From Escherichia coli (GTDB taxonomy: Bacteria > Pseudomonadota > Gammaproteobacteria > Enterobacterales > Enterobacteriaceae), in NCBI RefSeq assembly GCF_003334405.1, contig NZ_QOWM01000008.1: a DNA stretch of 64,000 nucleotides. One strand, 5' to 3'. Shown piece after piece: positions 35,202-47,144 of this stretch; position 1 is the stretch's first letter, and every line of letters begins with the position of its first letter. The position numbers and the translations under genes were made by a program. The notes under the pieces were generated by a model. The model worked only from the letters and a program-made list of their open reading frames with translations. It searched no databases and was not told the DNA's origin.

Positions 35202-36647
35202 TTATTTTAAAGGTGACGGTGTCACGTTTTTCGGGATAGGGCAGTGATACGGTTGCGTGTCCGTTACTTGCTGATGCTCTTGTTGGCATTCTTGCAATAG
35301 CCCTGAATCAAGGAAGAGATTGACTGTGGTTGCTGCCATAGTTTTCGCCGCCAGCAGCATTCCTTTATGAGCAATAGATGTTCGCCCCTGGCTAACCAGT
35401 TGCCACGTATGTAGCGGTGTACCGACGGCAAAACAGGGGCTGAAACACTGGGCAACAGGCAGTTTCCAACTGACGTCGCCGACATCAGTCGATGCCGCAA
35501 GCACGTTATCGGTGGCGGCATATGGAGCGACTTCATTCGCCAGTACCGTTTCACGATGACGTAGTGCAAAAACCTTGCCGTTTTCGCCACCGGTTGCGGC
35601 GATATTATTCAGACTGTTTTGCCGATCGTTGGAGGTGAGCGTAGCCTGAATTTGTTTCGCAAAAGCCAGTTCTTCGGAGTTCCATTCCGGGGTACCAAAA
35701 TGGGATAGGGCCTGGTACATGGCATTTTCTAAGGTGCGATTCGGGAGATAACTGGAACAGGCTTTGTCGAAGCGGCATTCAACCGTGGTTTCGGTCATCA
35801 ATGCCGCACCTTCGGCGATTTTGGCGACCCGATCATAAATATGCTGCACGTCGGTCATTTCGGGGGCGCGGATAAGATAAAGCACTTCTGCCTGCGCCTG
35901 GACCACGTTGGGCGAGATCCCGCCGCTATTTGTGATGGCATAGTGTACGCGCGCTTTTTCAATAATATGTTCGTTGAGGAAGTTGGTGCCAGTGGTCATC
36001 AACGTTACGGCATCAAGGGCGCTGCGTCCCAAATGAGGGGAATTCGCGGCATGTGCTGCGATCCCTTTAAAGCGCCATGATGCCTGAATGTTTGCCAGCG
36101 TGCGGGTATTGAACATACCGGCAAAGGCTTCCGGGTGCCAGGTGAGTGCCGCATCCACATCATCAAATACCCCCTCGCGAACCATGAACGTTTTACCCGA
36201 GCCGCCTTCTTCGCCAGGACAACCATAAAAGCGCACCGTGCCGCCTTGCCCATATTGTTCCAGCCATTTCTTGACGGCTATTGCAGCGGCAAAGGCGGCG
36301 GTTCCCAGCAAATTGTGTCCGCAACCGTGACCATTTTCACCGGGCGTCACGGATGTAGGTTGCGCGCAACCTGCTTGCTGACTTAAACCTGCCAGGGCGT
36401 CATATTCTCCCAGCAGGGCGATAACCGGTTTGCCTTGACCAAACGAAGCAATAAAGGCATTTGGGATATTGCCTACGTTGCGGGTAACGGTGAAGCCTGC
36501 AGATTCCAGCGCCGAAGCCAGATGCTCCGCTGACCAGAACTCTTCAAAACGTGTTTCTGGATGATCCCAGATTTGATCGGCAATATCGGTATAACGTTGG
36601 CGATCGGCTTCAATCGCATCGTCGATAAAACGATAGATTTCCTGCAT
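35202..36647 (-). CDS. abgB: p-aminobenzoyl-glutamate hydrolase subunit B (M20 peptidase family)
   Basis: 481-aa ORF. Confidence 0.85.
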   Translation of the reverse strand: MQEIYRFIDDAIEADRQRYTDIADQIWDHPETRFEEFWSAEHLASALESAGFTVTRNVGNIPNAFIASFGQGKPVIALLGEYDALAGLSQQAGCAQPTSVTPGENGHGCGHNLLGTAAFAAAIAVKKWLEQYGQGGTVRFYGCPGEEGGSGKTFMVREGVFDDVDAALTWHPEAFAGMFNTRTLANIQASWRFKGIAAHAANSPHLGRSALDAVTLMTTGTNFLNEHIIEKARVHYAITNSGGISPNVVQAQAEVLYLIRAPEMTDVQHIYDRVAKIAEGAALMTETTVECRFDKACSSYLPNRTLENAMYQALSHFGTPEWNSEELAFAKQIQATLTSNDRQNSLNNIAATGGENGKVFALRHRETVLANEVAPYAATDNVLAASTDVGDVSWKLPVAQCFSPCFAVGTPLHTWQLVSQGRTSIAHKGMLLAAKTMAATTVNLFLDSGLLQECQQEHQQVTDTQPYHCPIPKNVTPSPLK

Positions 36648-37957
36648 CAGATACCTCGCGTCCAGGGAAAATTGAGCGCGGTGCGCGCCAGCGTTTCGAC
36701 GGCAATAGCGAGAACCTGCTCGTCAAAATCGAATTTTTCGTTGTGATGACCTGCCGCCAGCTGTGTGCCAAACACCACGTAGGAGGCTTGCCCTTGATGT
36801 TGCTGCACGCGGGCCATCATTAATGTGGCATCTTCGGAACCCGCAGGCGCTTCAACACGTTCAATGGCCTGATTGACCCCCGCGACCTGAGCCGCCTGAC
36901 TTTGCAACCATGCGACCCATTGCGGCGAAGGAGAACTGGCGGTAGCTGCACCCATCAGACGAGTTTCAACGCCGACACCATACATGGTTGCTGCGCCCTG
37001 AATCGCTTGTTGTGCACGGTCAAAAACATATTGATTAATGACGTCGCTGGCCCCGCGTGTTTCCACTTTCAGCAACGCCGAGGCAGGAACAACGTTACGA
37101 CCGCTTCCTGCCTGCATAACGCCCACGTTTACTCTGGAAGCTCCTTCGCTGTGCGGGGCGATTGCATGCAGTGCAAGAGTGGCTTGTGCTGCCGCCAACA
37201 AGGCATTGTGACCGTCTTCTGGTTTTGCGCCTGCGTGAGCGGCGGTACCGGTGAAGTGCGCGTCAAATTTGGTGGTTGCCATAAAATTATCACTGCCGCA
37301 CACCACGGTGCCCGCAGGTACGCCAGTGCCAATGTGCACGGCAGTAAAATAATCAACATCATCTACGACACCTGCATCGACCATCGCCCGCGCGCCACGC
37401 GTACCTTCCTCTGCAGGCTGAAAAATCAGTTTGATGACGCCATGTAGTCCGGACTCGAACTGTTTAAGGGTATGCGCCAGCCCAAGCCCAATGGCGGTAT
37501 GTCCATCATGACCACAGGCATGCATCATTCCGGCGTTACATGACGCAAAACCGTCGCGGTAGGGGCGATGGCTGACATCCTGCTCTTCACTGAGATCCAG
37601 CGCGTCCGTATCGACACGGAAAGCCATCACCGGACCGGGGCGACCGGTATCCAGGGTGGCGACGATACCAGTGAAACCACCTTCAAAAGCCGCAATCCAT
37701 TGTGCTAGCGCACCCTGTTGACGAGCGCGCTCGAATTCGCGTTGTAGAGTGAATTCATCAGGTAATCCCATCCGGCTACTTTCATTAACTACTTCGCGAC
37801 CCAGCGCCAGTGAATAGCCGAGCTGGTGCAATTCTTCCGCAACAAGGGTGGCAGTGCGGAATTCCACCCAGCCAGACTCTGCATAGTGATGAAAATCACG
37901 TCGCCAGTGCGATAATTTTGGGGCAAGCGAATTAACAAATTGATTCAAAGACTCCAT
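36647..37957 (-). CDS. abgA: p-aminobenzoyl-glutamate hydrolase subunit A (M20 peptidase family)
   Basis: ORF 36647-37972; start taken at MESLNQFVNS (436 aa); start of abgB overlaps its stop. Confidence 0.85.
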   Translation of the reverse strand: MESLNQFVNSLAPKLSHWRRDFHHYAESGWVEFRTATLVAEELHQLGYSLALGREVVNESSRMGLPDEFTLQREFERARQQGALAQWIAAFEGGFTGIVATLDTGRPGPVMAFRVDTDALDLSEEQDVSHRPYRDGFASCNAGMMHACGHDGHTAIGLGLAHTLKQFESGLHGVIKLIFQPAEEGTRGARAMVDAGVVDDVDYFTAVHIGTGVPAGTVVCGSDNFMATTKFDAHFTGTAAHAGAKPEDGHNALLAAAQATLALHAIAPHSEGASRVNVGVMQAGSGRNVVPASALLKVETRGASDVINQYVFDRAQQAIQGAATMYGVGVETRLMGAATASSPSPQWVAWLQSQAAQVAGVNQAIERVEAPAGSEDATLMMARVQQHQGQASYVVFGTQLAAGHHNEKFDFDEQVLAIAVETLARTALNFPWTRGI

Positions 37958-38132
37958 AACCTTTCCCGTCATCAGTAAAAAGTGTGACCCGGTTCACGTA
38001 GCGATAGTTTTTACTTATCACTAACTGATTTTTCACAGTTTTAACCGTTCATAAATTACCCTGACACAATCATCTGCATTAAAGTAGATGCCAGTTTCTT
38101 TGGTCTGATAAATAACGGTTATCGGTGGCGTC

Positions 38133-39041
38133 ATGGCTTTTCAGGTAAAAATTCATCAAATTCGGGCTTTTGTTGAAGTGGCTCGTCAGGGCAGCATTCG
38201 CGGAGCGAGCCGAATGTTGAATATGTCGCAACCGGCACTGAGTAAATCTATTCAGGAGCTAGAAGAAGGGTTAGCGGCGCAACTCTTTTTTCGCCGTAGT
38301 AAAGGCGTGACGTTAACTGATGCCGGTGAAAGTTTTTATCAGCACGCCAGTCTAATTCTTGAAGAGCTGCGCGCAGCCCAAGAGGATATTCGCCAACGAC
38401 AAGGGCAACTGGCAGGGCAGATTAATATCGGCATGGGGGCCAGTATTTCCCGCAGTCTGATGCCAGCTGTCATATCTCGTTTTCATCAGCAGCATCCGCA
38501 GGTAAAAGTACGCATTATGGAAGGGCAACTGGTGTCGATGATTAATGAATTGCGTCAGGGAGAATTGGATTTCACCATCAATACCTATTATCAGGGACCG
38601 TACGACCACGAATTTACTTTTGAGAAATTACTGGAAAAGCAATTCGCGATCTTTTGCCGCCCGGGACACCCCGCCATTGGTGCCCGTTCGATCAAACAGT
38701 TACTGGATTACAGCTGGACAATGCCGACGCCACACGGCAGCTACTACAAACAGTTGAGTGAATTGCTTGACGATCAGGCGCAAACGCCACAGGTCGGTGT
38801 AGTCTGCGAGACGTTCTCAGCCTGTATCAGTCTGGTGGCAAAAAGCGATTTTCTCAGCATACTGCCTGAAGAAATGGGCTGCGATCCCTTGCACGGACAG
38901 GGGCTGGTGATGTTGCCGGTTAGCGAAATTTTACCGAAAGCGGCCTATTATTTGATTCAGCGGCGTGATAGTCGCCAGACACCACTGACCGCGTCATTAA
39001 TCACGCAATTCCGGCGAGAATGCGGCTATCTGCAAAGTTAA
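38133..39041 (+). CDS. abgR: LysR-family regulator of abg operon
   Basis: 302-aa ORF divergent from abgA. Confidence 0.9.
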   Translation: MAFQVKIHQIRAFVEVARQGSIRGASRMLNMSQPALSKSIQELEEGLAAQLFFRRSKGVTLTDAGESFYQHASLILEELRAAQEDIRQRQGQLAGQINIGMGASISRSLMPAVISRFHQQHPQVKVRIMEGQLVSMINELRQGELDFTINTYYQGPYDHEFTFEKLLEKQFAIFCRPGHPAIGARSIKQLLDYSWTMPTPHGSYYKQLSELLDDQAQTPQVGVVCETFSACISLVAKSDFLSILPEEMGCDPLHGQGLVMLPVSEILPKAAYYLIQRRDSRQTPLTASLITQFRRECGYLQS

Positions 39042-39047
39042 AACTGC

Positions 39048-39144
39048 ATAAAAAAATAGAGTCTGTCGACATCCGCCAGACTCTACAGTACACACAGCAG
39101 TGCATCCGCGTCTTAAATCCGGCATTGTCTCCTCTGCGCCGGTG
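39048..39144 (-). ncRNA. mcaS: small regulatory RNA McaS (IsrA)
   Basis: Minus-strand transcript would read ACCGGCGCAGAGGAGACAAUGCCGGAUUUAAGACGCGGAUG...GAGUCUGGCGGAUGUCGACAGACUCUAUUUUUUU: several GGA motifs, terminal hairpin and U-run; abgR-smrA intergenic location matches known mcaS locus; ends approximate. Confidence 0.6.
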
Positions 39145-39370
39145 ACTGTGTTATAACGGTTTTAACCTTTAGTTGCCAATTTTCTTCAGTGACAGATTTC
39201 ACGAAAATATAAGTTACATTATTAATATCGTGAATGAATAATCATGCATAAGTATTTTGCTTAAAATATCGGCAATATTTGGAACTTATTACTGGAAATT
39301 TGGGTAATACGTTGTTGGACCGACCCGGTCTGGTTATCATATCGCGCTCTTAATTGCGGGAGGATGTAAC

Positions 39371-39934
39371 ATGAACCTTGACGACAAATCGCTGTTTCTT
39401 GACGCCATGGAAGATGTCCAGCCGCTGAAACGTGCTACCGATGTCCACTGGCATCCAACGCGTAACCAACGTGCGCCGCAGCGTATCGACACGCTGCAGC
39501 TTGATAATTTCCTCACCACCGGATTTCTCGACATCATCCCACTAAGTCAGCCGCTGGAGTTTCGGCGGGAAGGGTTGCAACATGGGGTGCTGGATAAGCT
39601 GCGCAGTGGTAAATATCCGCAACAGGCGAGCCTGAATCTTTTGCGCCAGCCGGTGGAAGAGTGCCGCAAAATGGTGTTCAGTTTTATTCAACAAGCCCTG
39701 GCGGATGGTTTGCGTAACGTGCTGATTATTCATGGTAAAGGGCGGGATGATAAATCGCATGCCAATATTGTCCGCAGCTATGTGGCGCGCTGGCTGACCG
39801 AATTTGATGATGTTCAGGCATATTGCACCGCGCTACCGCATCATGGCGGCAGCGGGGCGTGTTACGTCGCACTACGTAAAACGGCGCAGGCGAAGCAAGA
39901 AAACTGGGAGCGCCACGCTAAGCGCAGTCGTTGA
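39371..39934 (+). CDS. smrA: Smr-domain endonuclease
   Basis: 187-aa ORF with C-terminal Smr domain (LIIHGKG); also called ydaL. Confidence 0.85.
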   Translation: MNLDDKSLFLDAMEDVQPLKRATDVHWHPTRNQRAPQRIDTLQLDNFLTTGFLDIIPLSQPLEFRREGLQHGVLDKLRSGKYPQQASLNLLRQPVEECRKMVFSFIQQALADGLRNVLIIHGKGRDDKSHANIVRSYVARWLTEFDDVQAYCTALPHHGGSGACYVALRKTAQAKQENWERHAKRSR

Positions 39935-39954
39935 TCTCGAGACGCATCCGCGGC

Positions 39955-41187
39955 TTATGCCGCCAGCACGCGGTTGCGTCCATCATTTTTCGCCCGATAC
40001 AAAGCATCATCAACGCGTTTAAACAGTTCATCGATGCTTTCATTTCCTTCGTGATGCGCCACACCAATGCTGACGGTAAAGCGTGGTAAGCCCGAAATAC
40101 TCACTTTTGCCACGCTTACGCGGATAGTTTCAGCCAGCGAAAGCGCGGTATCCAGTGGGGTTCTTGGTAGCAATAAGACAAACTCTTCGCCTCCCCAACG
40201 AAACACCAAATCGCCTTTGCGAGCGCAACTTTCGAGGGTGCGGGCGAGGGCGCATAACACCTCATCACCTTTAGAATGCCCATAGAGATCGTTAATGTGT
40301 TTAAAACGATCGGTGTCGATGAGCAACAAGCTGTAATCCTGAGCGATGGCGAGATGCTGCATTTGGCCTGGTTCCGTAATGTGATAAAACTGTCGCCGAT
40401 TCAGTAATCCGGTCATCGCGTCATGGTGAGCAGCATGTTCCAGCTGCTCCTCCAGCCGTTTTTGCTCAGTAATATCATGCACAATACATAACATGAGCTT
40501 GTCGCCATAAATTTCAATCGGTCCGGCATAGGTCTGCACATGACGAGTCGAACCATCCGCCAGTTTATGAACAAAATTCAAAGGTTTATGACCACCGGGT
40601 AAATGCGAGATTTCATGCATGATAGGCATGACGCGACGCCCGAGCATATTTATTTCCCAGGTATGTTTCTGGCACATCGTTTCATGGTTATAACCATAGA
40701 AATTGAGCGCGGCGAGGTTAGCATCGACGATTTGTCCATCTCGTGACGGGTCAATCAACAACATTGGTGCAGAGTTAGTCAGAAAAAAGCGCGCATAAAA
40801 ACCTTGTTTTTTGCGCTGATAATTTGCCGAGCGACTGGCTTTTAAACCCAGCGTTGCCGGCGCTTCGATACCTTCGAAAATAATCACCGGTTCTGTTTCT
40901 GTCAGCTTTCGCAAAACAAGCCGACAGCTCAATGCTGTTTCCTCTTCTTTACGCTGAACAGTGAGGATTTCGATAATATCGTGTTGGTTTTGCAGATCGG
41001 AGAGGTATTTCGGCAGTTCTTTTTGTGAGGAGACGGAATAGGGTCCGGTTCGTAGCTGACTAAACGTGAGGTCTTGCATCAACAGTTTCGCCGCGCTATT
41101 GGCATAAATTAACTGTTCCTCAAAGGGCGAAACGATCCAGACAGGACTGGTGAGTAAGTCCAGGGTATTGAAGTTGTGCGTAATCAT
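39955..41187 (-). CDS. dgcM: diguanylate cyclase with PAS domains
   Basis: ORF 39955-41247; start taken at MITHNFNTLD (410 aa); GGEEF motif present (RWGGEEFVLL); also called ydaM. Confidence 0.85.
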   Translation of the reverse strand: MITHNFNTLDLLTSPVWIVSPFEEQLIYANSAAKLLMQDLTFSQLRTGPYSVSSQKELPKYLSDLQNQHDIIEILTVQRKEEETALSCRLVLRKLTETEPVIIFEGIEAPATLGLKASRSANYQRKKQGFYARFFLTNSAPMLLIDPSRDGQIVDANLAALNFYGYNHETMCQKHTWEINMLGRRVMPIMHEISHLPGGHKPLNFVHKLADGSTRHVQTYAGPIEIYGDKLMLCIVHDITEQKRLEEQLEHAAHHDAMTGLLNRRQFYHITEPGQMQHLAIAQDYSLLLIDTDRFKHINDLYGHSKGDEVLCALARTLESCARKGDLVFRWGGEEFVLLLPRTPLDTALSLAETIRVSVAKVSISGLPRFTVSIGVAHHEGNESIDELFKRVDDALYRAKNDGRNRVLAA

Positions 41188-41420
41188 TGAGATCCCGTTA
41201 TTTTTATCAATTTTTGTTGCTATCCGATCGCAAAAAAGCCACGTCATATGATCAGATAATTCTGATAATGATAGACGCTATTTAACACTTCACACGGTTT
41301 GTATACGGAAAAGCATTTTGCTTTTTGTATTCAATTTAGACAGAATTTTATTAATCATTTCAGGGTAATGGGGTGATGAGATGTTGCGTAACAGGGCCAG
41401 AAGGCTAGACTACAAAATAA

Positions 41421-42425
<1,005 letters not shown>

Positions 42426-42471
42426 CAAAAGCAATTTTTCCGGCTGTCTGTATACAAAAACGCCGCAAAGT

Positions 42472-42485
42472 TTGAGCGAAGTCAA
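42472..42485 (+). promoter_or_regulatory. FNR box of fnrS promoter (class II, centred about -42)
   Basis: TTGAGcgaaGTCAA; centre is 42.5 bp upstream of inferred fnrS 5' end. Confidence 0.6.
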
Positions 42486-42520
42486 TAAACTCTCTACCCA
42501 TTCAGGGCAATATCTCTCTT

Positions 42521-42642
42521 GCAGGTGAATGCAACGTCAAGCGATGGGCGTTGCGCTCCATATTGTCTTACTTCCTTTTTTGAATTACTGCATAGCACAA
42601 TTGATTCGTACGACGCCGACTTTGATGAGTCGGCTTTTTTTT
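42521..42642 (+). ncRNA. fnrS: FNR-activated small RNA FnrS
   Basis: Recognised sequence GCAGGUGAAUGCAACGUCAAGCGAUGGGCG...; ends in hairpin gacgccgac-tttgatgagt-cggc plus U8; zntB-dbpA intergenic. Confidence 0.7.
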
Positions 42643-42902
42643 GCCTGTTATTTATCAGCGTCTACCCTTTAAGAGTCCACCCAATGACCAGAGGGAAATA
42701 TGACGACACTTATTTATTTGCAAATTCCTGTCCCTGAACCGATTCCTGGCGATCCTGTTCCAGTGCCCGATCCGATCCCTCGCCCGCAACCCATGCCTGA
42801 CCCACCACCCGATGAAGAACCGATTAAATTGTCGCATCGTGAGCGTAGATCTGCGAGGATACGCGCCTGCTAACTTTGCGTCGATGACCACGAGAATAGA
42901 TT

Positions 42903-44276
42903 GTGACCGCTTTTTCTACCCTGAATGTTTTGCCTCCCGCCCAACTCACGAACCTTAATGAGTTGGGTTATTTAACCATGACGCCGGTGCAGGCCGCCGC
43001 GCTTCCGGCGATCCTTGCCGGAAAAGATGTTCGCGTGCAGGCGAAAACCGGCAGCGGCAAAACGGCGGCTTTTGGCCTCGGCTTGTTACAGCAAATTGAT
43101 GCGTCGCTATTTCAAACCCAGGCTTTAGTGCTGTGTCCTACGCGTGAACTGGCGGATCAGGTGGCAGGTGAATTGCGTCGGCTGGCGCGTTTTCTGCCAA
43201 ATACCAAAATTTTGACGTTGTGCGGTGGTCAACCGTTCGGTATGCAGCGTGATTCGTTGCAACATGCGCCGCATATTATCGTGGCAACGCCGGGGCGTTT
43301 GCTGGATCACCTGCAAAAAGGCACGGTATCACTGGATGCGTTGAATACGCTGGTGATGGATGAGGCCGACCGCATGCTGGATATGGGATTTAGCGATGCC
43401 ATTGATGATGTCATCCGTTTTGCGCCTGCATCTCGACAGACGCTTCTGTTTTCGGCAACCTGGCCGGAAGCCATCGCTGCAATCAGCGGACGAGTGCAAC
43501 GCGATCCTTTGGCGATTGAAATTGACTCAACAGATGCTTTGCCACCCATTGAACAACAATTTTATGAGACATCCAGCAAAGGCAAAATTCCTCTGTTGCA
43601 ACGGTTATTAAGCTTGCATCAGCCATCCTCTTGCGTGGTGTTTTGCAATACCAAAAAAGATTGCCAGGCTGTCTGCGACGCGCTGAATGAAGTAGGGCAA
43701 AGTGCATTGTCATTACACGGCGATTTGGAGCAACGCGATCGCGATCAGACCCTGGTACGTTTTGCTAACGGTAGCGCCCGTGTACTGGTCGCGACTGATG
43801 TTGCTGCGCGTGGTCTGGATATTAAATCGCTTGAGCTGGTGGTGAACTTTGAGCTGGCGTGGGACCCTGAAGTTCATGTACATCGCATCGGTCGTACAGC
43901 TCGTGCAGGAAATAGCGGTCTGGCGATCAGTTTCTGTGCTCCGGAAGAAGCACAGCGGGCCAATATCATTTCTGACATGTTGCAGATAAAACTTAACTGG
44001 CAAACGCCGCCAGCTAATAGTTCCATTGCGACGCTGGAAGCAGAAATGGCAACGTTGTGTATCGATGGCGGGAAAAAAGCCAAAATGCGCCCGGGTGATG
44101 TATTAGGTGCACTGACAGGAGATATCGGGCTTGATGGCGCAGATATTGGCAAAATCGCCGTGCATCCGGCGCATGTCTATGTCGCGGTCCGTCAGGCTGT
44201 TGCTCATAAAGCATGGAAACAGTTACAGGGCGGGAAGATTAAAGGAAAAACGTGCCGGGTGCGGTTATTAAAATAA
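42903..44276 (+). CDS. dbpA: ATP-dependent DEAD-box RNA helicase (23S rRNA-specific)
   Basis: 457-aa ORF with GTG start; Walker A AKTGSGKT, DEAD box VMDEAD, SAT motif. Confidence 0.9.
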   Translation: MTAFSTLNVLPPAQLTNLNELGYLTMTPVQAAALPAILAGKDVRVQAKTGSGKTAAFGLGLLQQIDASLFQTQALVLCPTRELADQVAGELRRLARFLPNTKILTLCGGQPFGMQRDSLQHAPHIIVATPGRLLDHLQKGTVSLDALNTLVMDEADRMLDMGFSDAIDDVIRFAPASRQTLLFSATWPEAIAAISGRVQRDPLAIEIDSTDALPPIEQQFYETSSKGKIPLLQRLLSLHQPSSCVVFCNTKKDCQAVCDALNEVGQSALSLHGDLEQRDRDQTLVRFANGSARVLVATDVAARGLDIKSLELVVNFELAWDPEVHVHRIGRTARAGNSGLAISFCAPEEAQRANIISDMLQIKLNWQTPPANSSIATLEAEMATLCIDGGKKAKMRPGDVLGALTGDIGLDGADIGKIAVHPAHVYVAVRQAVAHKAWKQLQGGKIKGKTCRVRLLK

Positions 44277-44322
44277 TGAAATGTTGAATTGCCGGGTGCA
44301 AGAGTAAACATCTTATTCGGGA

Positions 44323-44400
44323 TTGCCGGATGCGACGCTGGCCGCGTCTTATCCGGCCTCCATAAGAGTAGCCCGATACGCTTGCGCATCGGGCGCTATC
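44323..44400. repeat. REP elements between dbpA and ttcA
   Basis: gccggatgcgacgctggccgcgtcttatccggcc palindromic units. Confidence 0.55.
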
Positions 44401-44404
44401 CTGG

Positions 44405-45340
44405 TTATTTCACTTCAACCACATTCAGCCGTAACTCATCCAACTGATTTTCATCTTCTTCTGGCTGCCAGCACGCCGGTTGTAGTGGGATCTCTTCGCG
44501 ATCAAACGCCAGATCACCCCCGTTAACCACTTCAGAACCGTGGGTGATGCCTTTGAAATCGAACAGGTTGGTATCGCACAGATGCGACGGCACCACATTC
44601 TGCATCGCGCTGAACATCGTCTCGATACGCCCTGGATAACGTTTATCCCAGTCACGCAACATGTCAGCAATCACCTGACGTTGCAGGTTAGGCTGTGAAC
44701 CGCACAGGTTGCACGGAATAATCGGGAACGCTTTTGCATCGGCAAATCGCTGAATATCTTTCTCGCGGCAGTAGGCCAGCGGACGAATAACGATATGTTT
44801 GCCATCATCGCTCATCAGTTTCGGAGGCATACCTTTCATCTTACCGCCGTAGAACATATTTAAGAACAACGTTTGCAGGATATCGTCACGATGGTGACCC
44901 AACGCGATCTTCGTCGCCCCCAGTTCCGTTGCGGTACGATAAAGGATACCGCGACGAAGGCGAGAACACAGTGAGCAAGTGGTTTTGCCCTCTGGAATCT
45001 TCTCTTTCACGATACCGTAAGTATTCTCTTCAACAATCTTGTACTCAACGCCCAGCTTTTCAAGATACTCGGGCAGAACGTGTTCCGGGAAGCCCGGTTG
45101 CTTTTGATCGAGGTTAACAGCCACCAGCGAAAAATTGATTGGCGCGCTTTGCTGCAAATTGCGCAGAATCTCCAGCATGGTATAGCTGTCTTTACCCCCG
45201 GAGAGGCAAACCATGATGCGATCGCCTTCTTCAATCATATTGAAGTCAGCAATGGCTTCGCCCACGTTACGACGCAGACGTTTTTGTAATTTGTTCAGAT
45301 TGTATATCTCTTTCTTCGTATTCTTTTGATTTTCTTGCAT
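44405..45340 (-). CDS. ttcA: tRNA-cytidine(32) 2-sulfurtransferase
   Basis: 311-aa ORF with PP-loop SGGKDS and CxxC motifs; known Rac integration target. Confidence 0.9.
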   Translation of the reverse strand: MQENQKNTKKEIYNLNKLQKRLRRNVGEAIADFNMIEEGDRIMVCLSGGKDSYTMLEILRNLQQSAPINFSLVAVNLDQKQPGFPEHVLPEYLEKLGVEYKIVEENTYGIVKEKIPEGKTTCSLCSRLRRGILYRTATELGATKIALGHHRDDILQTLFLNMFYGGKMKGMPPKLMSDDGKHIVIRPLAYCREKDIQRFADAKAFPIIPCNLCGSQPNLQRQVIADMLRDWDKRYPGRIETMFSAMQNVVPSHLCDTNLFDFKGITHGSEVVNGGDLAFDREEIPLQPACWQPEEDENQLDELRLNVVEVK

Positions 45341-45391
45341 TATTTCAGTTCTCTGGTACTAAATGGGGCAAATTGGGGGCAAACTTTGCAA

Positions 45392-46627
45392 CTACGATAA
45401 CCGCGCATTCAACATAGCTACCTGTTCGTCGTTCATGTCATCAATCCACATACCGTAAATTTCATACACCATCTGCGCAGTTTCATGCCCCATCTGGCTG
45501 GCTATAAATGCCGGGTTCGCTCCTGCCGTCAACAGCCAGCAGGCAAAAGTATGTCGCGTATGGTACGGATTACGGCGGCGAATACCAGCACGTTTTACTG
45601 CTGCATTCCATCTCGCACCCAAACTGCTTACCGAGTAATAAGGTTTCTGTTTTCCGTTACACATCCTGGGCATGAAAACAAAATGCAGTTTTTGCTTTTC
45701 GGTTCTGCCGTACTCCCGATGATAAAAAGTGATTTCGCTTTTGCGATGATGCCCGGTCAGTTTGTATTGCTCCTTCAGTGCTTCAAGAGCTGGCTGTAGT
45801 AATGTTACCGTCCGGATCCCGGCATTTGTTTTTGGGGGACCGAACATATCAAGTATCGTCAGGTTTCTTCTGACATTCACAATTCCCTTCTCGAAATCCA
45901 CATCCTCCCACGCCAGAGCAGCCAGTTCCCCGTGACGAAGCCCGGAGTAAACGGCAAATTTCCACAAGTTCTGGCTCTGTCCTTTTTCACTTTCCATTAA
46001 TGCATTGAATTCTGTTTTAGATAACGGATCAGGCTTTATTCTGTTTCGCTGTAATTTTTTTACTCCTTCAAATGGTTTGGTTGATATAAATCCCGACTGA
46101 TACGCAAAACGTAACAACGAACAGAGCAGGGCGATATAGTTATCAACTGTGCGCACGGTTCTTCCTTTTTTGTTGGATCTTGGATTATCCAGGTAAAGCG
46201 TTTCTCCATGCAGCAGTTCATTCCGGTAGTTTAAGATATCGCTATAACGAATATGTGATATAGATGTACTCTCACAAATTATTATCCTGAGTGTTTTTAA
46301 TTGTGATTTCGTTTTCTTCATTGTGTTTGTTGTTAACTCTGTCTCTTTAATTTTTGTCCAGATATCACAAAGCTCCCCGAACGTTTTTATGACCCTCGTT
46401 GTCACCATTTTTGCCCCAGTGCTGGACTGGGGAAAACGTCTTAAATACTCAAATTCACCGGAGTTGATTTCATGAACTATCAACGCTCTTAAATTCCCGG
46501 CATTTTTAATGTTACTGTTAGTAACCTCCCAGCCTTTCAATGTTTCCCGACATCGTTTTCCTCGAAACATGAACCAGATGCGAATGTATTTACCTCGAAT
46601 CTCGACACCTGTTGGTAATTTAGACAT
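45392..46627 (-). CDS. intR: Rac prophage tyrosine integrase
   Basis: 411-aa ORF MSKLPTGVEIRGKYIRIWF... with C-terminal R..HxxR..Y catalytic region. Confidence 0.9.
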   Translation of the reverse strand: MSKLPTGVEIRGKYIRIWFMFRGKRCRETLKGWEVTNSNIKNAGNLRALIVHEINSGEFEYLRRFPQSSTGAKMVTTRVIKTFGELCDIWTKIKETELTTNTMKKTKSQLKTLRIIICESTSISHIRYSDILNYRNELLHGETLYLDNPRSNKKGRTVRTVDNYIALLCSLLRFAYQSGFISTKPFEGVKKLQRNRIKPDPLSKTEFNALMESEKGQSQNLWKFAVYSGLRHGELAALAWEDVDFEKGIVNVRRNLTILDMFGPPKTNAGIRTVTLLQPALEALKEQYKLTGHHRKSEITFYHREYGRTEKQKLHFVFMPRMCNGKQKPYYSVSSLGARWNAAVKRAGIRRRNPYHTRHTFACWLLTAGANPAFIASQMGHETAQMVYEIYGMWIDDMNDEQVAMLNARLS

Positions 46628-46628
46628 A

Positions 46629-46844
46629 TCATGAGTCTTTGATAAACTGATTTATCTTTGGATAGTTGTACCAGATAATCCCTCGCTTACTGTCTGGCTT
46701 CCCTAAAGGAGATACTCGTTTGAAGTGGAAGCCTTCCACCCAACAGTTCTGGCGGTATGCTTCAATTTGTCTGGCCCCCAGACCAGTGCGAAGCATCAGG
46801 CCGTATTCAACCATCCACTCTTCATTAAAGATTACTTGTGCCAT
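46629..46844 (-). CDS. xisR: prophage excisionase
   Basis: ORF 46629-46868; start taken at [10 protein letters not shown] (71 aa); lies directly upstream of intR; also called ydaQ. Confidence 0.8.
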   Translation of the reverse strand: MAQVIFNEEWMVEYGLMLRTGLGARQIEAYRQNCWVEGFHFKRVSPLGKPDSKRGIIWYNYPKINQFIKDS

Positions 46845-46943
46845 CGCATCACCTCTGGCAGGCGCCAATGTTAGACTGAAATTGACGCCCGATGTTGATT
46901 ATTAATAATCAGCTATGAAGTTTTAATTTGAATACAATGCAAT

Positions 46944-47144
46944 TCACGACGACTGAAGTTTCTCGCAATTAAAATTTATCAGTTTTACTTTCTGCTCTCT
47001 GGAACCGCCTGCTTCTTTTTTACCTGAGAGCATTTTTTCGCATTCTGATTTGGTTAATTTTGTTTTTGAGTACCTTGTCCAGTTAGTAGGAGTGCCACCT
47101 TCCTTTTCAATAGTGGCGGTAATTTTATACATGAACACCTCCAT
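46944..47144 (-). CDS. ydaC: Rac prophage small protein YdaC-like
   Basis: ORF 46944-47204; start uncertain (M at codon 21 or 25). Confidence 0.5.
   Translation of the reverse strand: MEVFMYKITATIEKEGGTPTNWTRYSKTKLTKSECEKMLSGKKEAGGSREQKVKLINFNCEKLQSS

Noticed and set aside
36902-37447. 181-aa plus-strand ORF inside abgA
   Set aside because: Antisense shadow ORF with Cys/Arg-rich nonsense composition.
39145-39370. Possible additional sRNA or small ORF between mcaS and smrA
   Set aside because: AT-rich promoter-like sequence only; no terminator or conserved ORF, so it is most likely the divergent mcaS/smrA promoter region.
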